From: Vicugna vicugna | Lineage: Eukaryota | NCBI GenBank assembly: GCA_013265495.1 | Contig: MU058584.1 | Span: 7,716,407-7,780,406 of the forward strand | DNA: 64,000 nt | Direction: 5' to 3' | Shown here: in pieces, positions 53,173 to 64,000 of the stretch | How the letters are laid out: each line of letters opens with the position of its first letter | Position numbering within the stretch: position 1 is the first letter of the stretch | The notes under the pieces: generated by a model | Databases searched by the model: none | What the model was told of the DNA's origin: nothing | Seen by the model: only the letters and a program-made list of their open reading frames with translations | Position numbers and translations under genes: made by a program

Positions 53173-53211
<39 letters not shown>

Positions 53212-53262
53212 TTAGACAGACAGGCAGGCAGGCAGGCAGGCAGATAGAGAGAGATATATATC
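53152..53262. repeat. Compound microsatellite (TA)n/(TAGG)n/(TAGA)n/(CAGA)n/(CAGG)n/(GA)n
   Basis: Seen directly. Confidence 0.95.
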
Positions 53263-56200
53263 AAATATTTGAAGACACTCATTCTGCTTTCCTTTAATCA
53301 TTTCTTCTTGAATGCCAGAAAGGTCATCCACTTTGCTCTATCAGAGACCTCAGCTAGAAGGACTAAAGGAAAAGAAAACTAATTCTAGAGTTTATGAAGG
53401 AAAAGAAGGTGGTCCCAGGTCCCTTGTGCTGTCTGGTGGAACCTGGCCTCCACGGCTCCCTGAAGGGTGATGATGGCAGAGCCAAGTTTTATCCCAAAAT
53501 AAGGAGGTAGCTCTGGCCTTGTCTGACTTTGCAGCCTAAGGGAAGGGAAAGGATGGGCTCCCCTTGACCATGGATATGGGCTTCCTAGCAGTTTCCTGAG
53601 CTTCTGTGATAGATTGCAAAGCGTTTGGCAGGGTTAGGGTGGGGAGCTGTTTCCATTTTACAGAAGTTTTGCACAGAATTTCATCCAGAAGTTTGTAAAG
53701 CCAGTAACATCAGGGGACTAAGTTTAAGGGCACTGTTCTTGGACTGGAAGGACAATGGACAGCCTTGAGCGTCGTGCCCAGTGTCTTTCTTGATTTTGAT
53801 TATCATTTCATCAAGTATTTCCTCTCCTTCCGCCTCCCCCCCAAGCCCCCAGAGCTGTGCTAAAATACAGAGGAAGCACCCTGCCCTCTGAGAGCACATA
53901 CATTCATCCTAGGAAGGCTGTATGCACACAAAAGCAATGGAGTAAGGATACAAAACCAATTAGACTTGGCCAGAGACTAACCAGTCACCAGGGTACCACT
54001 AAGACCATCAAGTCCTTCTGCAGCAGTTGCACACATAGGCATCCCCCCTCCCACAGACCATGCCTTCCAAGACCTGAATATTGTCTTCATTTCCTCTCTC
54101 CGACAGCAAAAGGACCCTCCTGACCCATTAGGAAATGACCTTAAAGGTGTCTGTCCAGTTGCCAAAGAGGTACCCCCACCTACCCAAATACTTTGTATCC
54201 TGGTTTCCCTTATGACCAGGAGTACGTAGTTGGTGCCTCCTGACTGGAGAAGAGAAATGTCTGCAGTTATGAGATCTGAGAAGCAGTCCCAGAGAGATCT
54301 AACTGCCGGAGGGAGATCTGTGAGGCTTAGATTCAGGCCAGAATAGTGCTCACCCCTCTAATACCTCGCTTAGCCAGCCTGGGGCACTCCTGACGCCCTC
54401 ATCAGCAGGGTAAAGCCCCTCCGGAGAGCTGGGCTTCCGGGGCCCCTGCTCACCCTACCAGAGTGATAACCACAGGAGGAACTAGGTATCTACAAAAGCA
54501 TCGACCTGGACAGTGAGTCCTTCTGTTTAAGCCTGTGTTCTTTTGTCTCCGCTCAGACACACCTCTCATTCATCTGTCCACTCTGGTCCAGTTCACACGC
54601 TGGCAGGCGCCTGGCGTCTGCCCAACTCCATCAGCTCGCCTCCAATTCAAGCTGGATGGAGCGCGTCAGACGTGTTCTCAGCCCAGTATTTACCACTAGC
54701 CAAGCTGAACGATTCAGTGGGCGTTTCCTGCCTTTCATTGTTCTCCCTGAGTGTAGCAACCAGGCCTTCCATTTGTAGGGGGCCCAGAGCACTTAGGAGA
54801 GGGTGGGCACGCACAAAACACCACCCAGTAAGTAACGGTTACCTACTCTCAGCCTGGTGCCGTGCCTGGTCCTGGGAGATCAAGGATGGGTGATGTGCTT
54901 CTGCCTTCACGTAGAGGGAGCGGGGCAGACAGGCAAGCAAGCAAGCCCTCGGGCAAAACTGGGATGAGGACTGGGGCTGTGAGGGCGCTGAGGATGGGCG
55001 CCTAATCCAGCCTTGTGAAGGGATGGGGCAGGGAAAGGGAGTGAAGGCACCAGCTAGGGGAGGGGACATCCCACTGGTTGAGTAGGCATGAGCTGATCCA
55101 AAGACTGGGGCAGGGTGTGGGGACAGAGAGGAGGCTCAGTAGCCAGTGGAAACTCTGGGAGGTGAGAGAGAACGTGGGTTAGGGCTGAATGATGAGTCTT
55201 TGTATCTATTTCTGATCACTGGAACGTTCTGAAGGTTTAATCATCAGTTTTTCACTCAGTTTCACGATGGTGATTAATCCCAATTAGTATCGACATTCAG
55301 CCTAGGTTTAATGAAAGCCCTCTGTCCTCATCTGTGAAAAGACAGCTTAGAATGTGTCGAGGTCAGGAAAAGCAACGGCCCGGTCTCTGTCCCCTCCCCT
55401 CCAACTCTGGTGGGAAAACAAAGGCCACTAGCAAGTGTCAGCCATGCTGGAATGTGCTGGCCTGGCGCAGCTCAGGAGCTCCGGCATTCTTTCTCCTGTC
55501 TCTTTCCTCTTTTGGTCTGGTGAGCTTGCAAACCGTCTACATTCTCGAGAGCTGACCCTGTCAGGTCTCATAGAGGACTCCCTGTTTAACCAGGCGCTCA
55601 CATACCATTGCTTTCCGGCAGCCATCCTCCTGCGAGGGGTTGGCTCCCGCCCACCCCAACCCCAGCCTCTCCACCGCGCATGCCCTGGGGCCCTCAGAAC
55701 TGTGACAGCTCTCTGGAGATGGAGGGTCTGCAAGAGAGGAGCCTAATCTCTTGTGGGAGGACCTACACCCGGGAGAGATGCAGGTTGTGATTTGTAAGTC
55801 TTTTCCAAAGGACCCAGAAGGAAGTGGGATGGTTCATGCTCTTAGGCAAATCCTTAAAAATCTCAAAAGAAGGGGAAAGACCTTCAGATCTTTGTTTCCA
55901 CAGTAAGAGTAACTGACCTTCTTAGACGTCCTGCTGAAAGTTGAGTATGAATAATCTCACTTCACCCAAATGACAATCTTGGGAGGCATCTAGTATCATC
56001 ATCTCTCTCTGTGCCCAGTTTCGTCATTAGGGATAACGAAAGCTTCTACCTCGCAGTCTTGGAAGGATTTAACAAACAAATAACAAATGCATTAGAACTG
56101 TGCCTGGCATGTAGTAAGCTCTCAGAAACTGTCAGTGTTTGTTATTGTGAGAAATCTGGGGCACGGTGATTAAGTAATTTGGCCAGGATCACACAGCTAA

Positions 56201-56371
56201 TTAAATGAAGCCAAGATTCAAAGCCAGGCAGTCTGACCCCTGAGCCCGACCTGTCCACTCAGTGGCTCTGCTCCGCAGAAGGATGAAGGGGGACAAGGAG
56301 CCAGTGGCTCTGGGTTGCTAGAGAGAAGCTGGAAAACCTCTTGGGTTGGGTAAACCAGCGATTCTAGAATC

Positions 56372-56539
56372 TGCTCCCCAGGCAGCATCCTTAGCATCTC
56401 CAGGGAACTTGTTAGGAATGCACATTCTCAGGCCCCATCCCAGCTCCTGAAACAAGCTCTGGGGTGAGACCAGCATACTCTGTCTTCAGGAGCCCTCCCA
56501 GCGATTCTGAGTTGCACCAAAACCCCGCAAGCACCAGTG
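56372..56539. mobile_element. hAT-Charlie MITE (MER5A-like)
   Basis: AGCATCTCCAGGGAACTTGTTAGGAATGCACATTCTCAGGCCCCATCCCAG, the MER5A core. Confidence 0.8.
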
Positions 56540-56764
56540 TAGCCTCTCAAGTCTCAGTTATCGTGCTGCATCCAGGCTCCAAAGATGGATACGGATCTCA
56601 GGTTGCTCCCACCACATTATGAGGGACCATCCCTCACCCAGTTCCAGGCCAGAGGTTTAGAAAAGGCCTAGCTGAAGACTGGCTACTGAGGGGCTCGTGG
56701 AAGCCTGGCTGCCTTCAGTCTTTTGTCAGAGAGCAGATGGCAGTGGGACCCTCTGGGGTCTCAC

Positions 56765-56874
56765 CTTCTCCAATATCCCTCCAGCAGTTAAAGAAACAAT
56801 CCTCTGAAGAAACAGACCTCTCCAAATGTGAATTCATTTGGCTTCATGGCCACATCACGGGGAGGACTCAGTTT
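56765..56874 (-). pseudogene. Candidate decayed exon, 110 nt
   Basis: CTCATGTTTCAG|A acceptor and AAG|GTGAGA donor. Reading frame ambiguous; the two frames read contain 1 and 2 stops. Confidence 0.45.
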
Positions 56875-58233
56875 CTGAAACATGAGGTCACAATGGAGAA
56901 AAAAGATTTGGTACCTGGGTTTTGGTGATGGTTATTGATTTCCCCCAGCCCCCAAATCCACTGAAAGTAGAGTTTAAGGGCCAGAAAAGCTAAAAGCAAC
57001 CAAATGAATTCTGCGCCCCTGGGGAGTGTATCTGGAGGGTCTGGGGGTGGGCAGAGGGATAACTGAGGCCACTGCAGCTTTAAAATCACAGTTGGATAGC
57101 TCGACAATGTCAGAGAACAATTCTGAGGCTTCATAAAGGCAGTTGCAAAAGTTGTGCAATTTCCCCCAAGGATCAGGACAGGAGAAGGGTTGGCCCCTGA
57201 ATGGGGCTGGGGAGCGGGCAAAATCACATTCTTTAGCAGCTTAATATTCTTGAAGGCCTTCTACCTGGCTCAGTCTGCAGCAGCAACTTCTGGAGGGCTG
57301 TGAGGAGCGGGCCTGTGGTTCCTTCATACTGTCCCTTCTGAGCACATACCCTGTGCCAGGCACTGTTCGTTTTGCATATGTTAACTCTTAATTCTCAAAG
57401 TCTTGAAATAGGTATCACTTTTTCATCCTCCTGTTACAGATGGATTTGAAATATTGAGGCCTAGAGAAATTAAGTAATTTACCTAGGGACAAACAGCTCC
57501 CCAGTGGTGGAGCTGGAGTCAGAACCCAGGCATCATTGGAACAGAGCAGGCCCCATCCGGCCTCTTCAGCAGAGTGTGTGCCCAGGTTGGGGGAGAAGGA
57601 AAAGAGGGAGAGGGGAGGAGAGCAGACCAGAAACTCAAGGCCCTCAGCTGGTTCGGGGGCCAGATTCACTCCCTGACGCTGCCTCAGTCAAACTCTGCCA
57701 CATCACTCCTCTGGACTGGAGTTTGGCACTCACATTTGTTCATCAGAGTCAGGTGGCAATGACACATGCAGTCCTTTGCCTTGAGCATCCTGAGATAGGT
57801 ACCAGAGTCCAGCCGCCAGCGCTGTAGTACACCTACCCTGACTGAGACCAGCACTCAGGAAGGCACCAGGCAGAGCTCCCCTGGCAATAGGGAGTTAGCT
57901 CAGGTCCTGCCTGCTTCTCTGCTCAACAGGATGTGGTCCCCAAGCAGGACAGGACATTCTGGCCCAAGGGAGGGGCCTGTCGCCCCGTGGCAGCTATTTC
58001 TCCCCAGGAGGCTGTGTTGACAGGTGTAACCAGGTGTTCCTCCACCTGCCCACCCTTTCCCAGCAGACAATCAGAGGTTTCTCACCTCTGATTGACTCTT
58101 TCCTCCTGGGCATTTCATAGGGAGCGAGGACTGCCTTCTGGTTTTCTCCGGGGAAAGGAAGTTCAAAGCCAACAGGCTTCTCCCTGGGAGACTGCAGGCT
58201 CGTGCCAAAGTTCCTGGGAAATCGCCAGCTTAC

Positions 58234-58468
58234 CCTGCCCAACCGGTGACCTCTCTTGACAAGTGGCCAATTGACTTTCGAAACAGCAGTGCCTCTTTTG
58301 AAGGAACACAGCGTGTCTCAAAGGTGGAATCGGACCTCCTTCCCTCTTTGGGGGCAGGGATGTGGAAGACTCTCCTGCCGATTTTACAGAACAGGAAGTT
58401 TAGATCACCCCTTCACCAAGGGGCTGCCCCGTGTATGCGACTCTGCTGACACTTGAGGGAATTGGTAC
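58234..58468 (-). pseudogene. Candidate decayed exon (...W*RGDLNFLFCKIGRRVFHIPAPKEGRRSDSTFETRCVPSKEALLFRKSIGHLSREVTGWA)
   Basis: CCCACCTCAG|G acceptor and AGG|GTAAGC donor; 235 nt, phase 1 to 2, one TGA in 77 codons. Confidence 0.5.
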
Positions 58469-60126
58469 CTGAGGTGGGCGTGGGATCCGTGATTACTGCT
58501 AATGCTTTTTGAAAGTGGGAATCCCTTCGGTGGCTGACTCCATTGCTGGACGATGAGTGCTCAGACTTGCAATTCTGGCTCCTGAACAGTGTGTATTTTG
58601 TTTCCTTGTTTGGAGCCAATTTGAAACTTAAATGTATGTAGAAAAAAATTATGTTTTTCCTATTAGACAGTCAAAATAAACTGGCAAGGATACAAGGAGC
58701 CCTTGTTACCTGGACCAGGATCTGAGGAAAGGCTTCTTACCCAGAAGAGGGCTCTGGAATAAACTGTTCCTTCTAGCAGGGCTGGCACAGCCCCCAGTGA
58801 GAGCTGAGGGAACAGATGAATAAAGCCTGAGGGCTGTAAGAGCCAGTGGGGCCTCCCAAAGTCGTCAAGTCCCGCCAGGGGCCTGCTTCCTCCTACCTAA
58901 ACCCATCTGGATCCTTTAGCCTAAAATCGTCAGTCCTTAAACATCTCCTCTCACCCTCTTGGGGAAGATGTCTTCCTCAGTCCCCAGTTCCTGTAAGTTT
59001 CTGCCTTTCATTTTTGAGAGCTTGCTTTTCGCTTGGTGTTAATGACTGACCATTCGAGAAGTAGGCTGGCAGGCTTTCCTTCAAAGTCCGGCTGTGAGCC
59101 AGGGATCCCTGAGCCTACACTGGAAGCACCCCAGGTTAACCCTATGACTGCCGGTGCCTCATTCACTGAGCAAATCTTTAGGGAGCATCTTCCATACACC
59201 AGGCTCCGTCTAGGCCCTGGAGCGATACCAAATGTGTATAGCAGGCAATTACTAACCCTGCTCTCACAGGGCCTGCCTTCTAGTAAATGCAAGCAAAAAA
59301 ATCACAGATTCTAAATATGGTATATTAGGGAGTGATAATTGTTATGGAAAAAAGCACAAGAGGGGTGGAAAGTAACCCAGGAGACTGATGGAGACACGAG
59401 GACCCAGGGAGACCCAAATCAGGAGCCAGTCATTGGGTAGCGTTGCCTTGTGGCCTGAATGCCACCGCTCCCCTCACCCCAGCTCCTACACTTTAACCAA
59501 GAGCTCCTTCTCACGCCTGCCCCTCTTCTCTTGTTCCTTCTGTTCCCATCACTTCCTCCACCACACATACTGTGCTTCTTCCTCTATCCTTCAAATTCTC
59601 CTGATTTTTAAGGTCCAGCTCAAGCCCAGCCTCATGGCTGTTCCTCTGAAGTATCCAGACCTGTCCCTTCTCCAAGCTCCATCAAAACATGAAGTCATAG
59701 AAATGCTACCTGATCTCTTGTCTTCTGTTGTTCTGTGTCTCTTCCATAGCATCCTCAACTCGTGCACAGCCGTGAAAGGAGGAGGCTGAGCTCTCAGCAT
59801 ATGGATTTGGGGCGGGGGAGTGGGGGGAAGCGTTCATTTATTGTTAAAAAATGTAATGAGAAAACTTAAATATATATGCATGAACATATTTTCCCAGTTG
59901 TGATCACTGTACATAGTTCAAAATGCGAATTTTTCTCTTACCTGTCTAAGTTAAGCAATTTTTCTATATTGCTGCACAGTCTTCATCATATTCATCAGAT
60001 TTATGCAACATATAATATTAGCTTGGTATTGAAAAACTAAGAAATTTACTCTTAACTAAGTCAGAAAGCATTTTTGTCTGACATAGCATCCAAGGGCAAA
60101 AACGGCGGATTGTAAAGCAGACTCAC

Positions 60127-60399
60127 CAGACCTTTATCCCCTTTTAGAGCCACCCTGCTTTATTTGCAGGGACACCCCTGAATTGGTCCTCTCTGATGTC
60201 ACAAACTAAGGTATGTCATTGCCCTTTATGATTTCCACACTTTGTCACCACTTCCATCTATTCCCAAGGTGACAGCTTTAATCCAGATCCCACCCATCAC
60301 ATACCACAGCCAGCTGAAATCTATATTGTTATTGACAAGGTTAATAGGTGCCTTCACCAGGAGAACATATTTCCTGCTTGTTCCATATGTCAGATCATC
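60127..60399 (-). pseudogene. Candidate decayed exon (DDLTYGTSRKYVLLVKAPINLVNNNIDFSWLWYVMGGIWIKAVTLGIDGSGDKVWKS...)
   Basis: TTTATTCCTCATGCATAG|G acceptor and CTG|GTGAGT donor. First 57 codons open, then an apparent frameshift or stops. Confidence 0.5.
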
Positions 60400-63300
60400 C
60401 TATGCATGAGGAATAAACAGCCTGGCTTATAGACTAGTTTAAGCAATTCTTATTCAAATGAGTAATGTCCTTCAAAGTAGTTTTTGAGTGGTGCTGTCAA
60501 CTTTTTTCCAATCCCACACATTTCATTCTTCTAATCTCTACATTATGCTTCAATTAAAAAAAAAAAAAGAAAACTTAAAAAGGCATAAATGTTTGGGGAG
60601 GAATCAGCACATGGCTTTGAATATAGGTCACCGTTGGCCATCATACTAGGTGGCTGCATGTGATTTGCTAGGGGAGGACCCCTCATTCTCTTCCTGGAAG
60701 CTGTAGGTTTTTCTACTCAAGCCCTACCCACTCCCCCAGGCTCTCTCAGCAGAAAATCCATCTGATGTAAAGTTGCTCAGTTTTCCCTCTCATCACCTCA
60801 AAATGTAACCTGTAATTTCACCATCTCCCTCCTCTTTAAGAACTAGTGCTGGTTCTCGTCCAAGACCAGCTGCTCCGCCTACACTTTCCCACCATGGCCG
60901 CTCATGGTTCTGAGGTCTTGTTCTTTTCATTATGTGGGAACTCTTGATCATTCTCTTAAAGTCCTGCCTTGCTCTTCTTAGCATCCAAGCAACTTGAAGT
61001 CTTCTCCATTAAAAAGAAGAAGAAATCTTGATACTTCTTCCTCAAGCTATTACCAAATCACTCCAGAGGGAAAAGTGAGTTAGAACACAGACTTTTGCAC
61101 CAGGTCAACTGTGGTTTAAGTACCAGTTCCCTTGTTGCTCACTGTGGCTTTGGGCGATTTACTTAACCATTCCGTACCTGTTTCCTCATCTGTAAGAATG
61201 AGATAATCAAAATAACAATATCTAATTGAGTAATGTTGAGGATTAAATAAATTAATTTCTTGTAAACCACTTAGAACCCTGTCTGATACATGGTAAATGC
61301 TATGTAAGTGTTTGCTAATTAAAATGAATAATTATTAAGCACTAGCTATTATTATTCATTTCTTTGGTCTTATTTCTTCCCAAAGCTGCCATCCAATCTC
61401 TCTGTTGCCTTTCATCACCACATTTCTCAAAATGATAACTCATGTTGCAGACTGTCCACTAATTGCCTCCATTTCCTCATGTCTCTTTTATTCCTCAACC
61501 CACTACAATATTGAAACCACCTTCTTCAAAGATGCCAATGGCCTCTTAAGCTGCAAATACAAGGTCTCTTCTTATTTCATTTGACGTCCAGTATCTGACT
61601 TAGAATCTCTTCCCTCCTTTCATCTCTCTGCCAATCCAGCTTCTCCTCAGCCATCACTTCTCCATGTGCTCCACCCCCTTAATGTAGGCCTTCCTGAAGG
61701 TTCTCCTTGGCCTCTTCTTGTGCTACACCCTCTACCTGGTGGTGTAATCCACATTCCCGTCTTCCATTATTGCCTACCTGCCGTCAACTCTCACACCTAC
61801 TAAGCCTGACATTTTCTCCCTGAGCGCCAGCCCAGAAGTCTGACTGGCCAGACAAATAGATATCCTACCAAATATTCAGTCACAACCTGGAAATCTTCTC
61901 CCTCTCATGCGCTGCTGCAGGTCTCTGTTCCAGTACTCAGCCGCAAAAGCTAGAAACCTTGCAGTTTCTCTTGTTCTACACCTGCACGTGCCTTTGCATT
62001 TTACAAACTGGTTATTATCTCCCTTAGCTCAGTTGTTCCTCATGATGACCCTAAGAGCATTATTTGATTAGTGATTTAGTAAGTCTTAATTTAAATGAAT
62101 CTTCTTTTCCCAGACTGACAAAATGGGCATTTTTGCAAAATCTTTTAAGAAAGGGTGGTATAACTTTTTTACAAAGAAAGACACTGAGGTTAATGAAGGT
62201 TTACTAACTTATCCAAGGTGTTGGAAGGGTCAAATGCAATAGTACCTGTAATGGAAGCTTCATGGACCATGAGATGTCATGTAAATCCAAGGATTTCATA
62301 ATTACTAATACTAATATTAAATTATTGATAATGCAACAAATTTGGTAAATGTCATAAGAGAAAAGTACCAAGTGTACAGAAATATAGAGGAGAGGGAAAT
62401 CAATTTAGTTAGGGATGATAAGGAACTTGGAAGAAGATCTGTCAAAATCAAGTGAGGAATGAATGGGTTAGATTCCAGTTTGATGATCTTCTAAATGACC
62501 AGAGGAAAATTCTAGCAGTTGCCAGCCTTACTGGGCCTGGATGGGACGCACTCAGAGACAGTCCCTGCCCCCCCAACTTTCCAAGTGCTACACTGTCACT
62601 AACGATGTCCCACCGTCATTTGATTACGTGATTGAGATAGTCTTGATCTACAACACTCCTTTCCCCAGATGGGCAAAGTGGACATATTGCCAATTCTTTT
62701 AAAGGACTGTGGTGAGGATTAGTGAGATTATGCTTGTACAAGGCTTGTGTTTCTAAGTTAATATGCCGAGCAAACAATGAGTGTAGCATTATTTAGCCTG
62801 ACTGACATTTATTTCAATAGTTACTCAGCAATAGTGACATCACGGGAAATAAGCCTGAAACTGGACCAGCTCTGAGCTTTCCAGCCACAAAAGTTAGTGG
62901 GTGCTCCTTTACCTAAAAATGTAGTCACAGAATTAGATATTGCCAGTCTGCTCTGACAATTGTAAACAAGTTATGTCACATTTATATTCAGAGCACTAAG
63001 AGGTCCTGTTCCTGGTGGGTTTGGTGGGGGGCACCTTCTCTGCTTGAGTGGCCATCAAATAGTGTTCAGGCAGTGCCCCAGCCTGGGTAGCTTTGTCTCG
63101 AGACAGGAGACAAAAAGACTAGAAGCAACAGAGTTGACCCCAGCTCCCCAGCAACATCACGACCTGTTAAAGATGTAAGAGAGCTTTGTTTTACAGACTG
63201 CAGTATCTGAATTAAAAAGTGAGGCGAGGCAAAAGCTGCCCTGTAGGGTTGCAGTGGATGTAAAGGACAGGGAGTGGAGGGAGAGAACTGAACCACTAAC

Positions 63301-63629
63301 AGGGAATAATTCATTTAAGTCTCTGGGTTTGGGGTTATAGCGATCCAGTCTCTCTGTGTAGGACTCAGAGGTGCCAGTAGATTTTCCCAAGGGCTCCTGT
63401 CACCTACTTCCTTGAAAACCCCGCCCCTAAGGAACACTAATCTGGAACAACGGGATCAAAAGAAACTCCTAAAGTTCATTCCACAGCAGCACAGCTGGAT
63501 GGAGGGTGGGGCAGCTGGAGAGGACCTCATCTCTACAGCCAAAGGAGGCTGTGGGGAAAGAACCTACAACAAGGTGCAGCTGGAAAGTGACATGCCTATC
63601 TAGAATTTTTTATTCCTTGCTTCCAGTCG

Positions 63630-63930
63630 AATATAGTATCAAAGCCATTATCACCCAGACCTCTCTCTGCAGGCAGCATAATTGACAACCTCAGCTGCTC
63701 CTCGGGATCCCCCACCATGTTCCTGCTGAGGCCACACTTCCCACAGGCTGTTCCCAGCCACTGACAAAGCACACAGGGTGTAATGAGGCAGACCCATTCC
63801 TGCAGGACTTGGGACTCTTCCAACAGGTGACTTTGGCTCAAGGACATTTATCAGCTTGGCCAGACCTTTCTGGGAACTGTGCTGCAGTCCAAGATGCTTC
63901 CTACCCATTTCTCCTTCCTTCCTCCTCCTC
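63630..63930. mobile_element. ERVL-class LTR (LTR16-like)
   Basis: GGACTCTTCCAACAGGTGACTTTGGCTCAAGGAC...GAACTGTGCTGCAGTC resembles the LTR16 family; by eye. Confidence 0.5.
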
Positions 63931-64000
63931 CTCAAAGCTGTCAGACCTGCATCCGGGTCTGAAATCTCTCCCCAGCTTCTGCTCCTTCCCCCTTTATCCT

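Larger units (their letters stand above)
22050..61060 (-). pseudogene. Candidate large unprocessed (multi-exon) pseudogene of unidentified family; boundaries uncertain
   Basis: Same-strand exon-like blocks in non-repetitive DNA, most with canonical splice signals: 60399-60127, 58468-58234, 56874-56765, 53859-53003, 52240-52096, 51744-51525, 50885-50429, 47381-47200, 45797-45550, 44519-44453, 32610-~29800 (donor not found), 27390-25645, 22104-22050. A tentative further block lies at about 61060-60798. Manual reading only. Confidence 0.55.

Overview
Mammalian genomic DNA, very probably camelid, judging by three young tRNA-Ala-derived vic-1-type SINEs with intact target-site duplications. It matches the PIGC / C1orf105 locus, which lies between DNM3 and SUCO in human from my recall of the locus. 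PIGC is intact on the minus strand: CpG-island exon 1, then a single coding exon, CDS 8385-9278, 297 aa. It is nested antisense in the first intron of C1orf105. Six C1orf105 coding exons (11839-30996, plus strand) splice into one open frame of 177 codons plus stop; its first exon was not found and is presumed upstream of the window. The rest is mostly old repeats (L2, MIR, L1, ERV LTRs, hAT elements), microsatellites, a U6 retropseudogene and a 66-N gap. The main unexpected observation is a series of at least 12 exon-like blocks on the minus strand, spread from about 61 kb down to about 21-22 kb. Most have canonical AG/GT splice signals, reading frames with few stops, and intron phases that can be chained. 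They look like the remains of a large multi-exon protein-coding gene, interleaved antisense with C1orf105, that I cannot name. This is a manual reading and needs tBLASTn/PhyloCSF confirmation. No prokaryotic systems (CRISPR, operons) are present. Repeat family names are by eye, without RepeatMasker.
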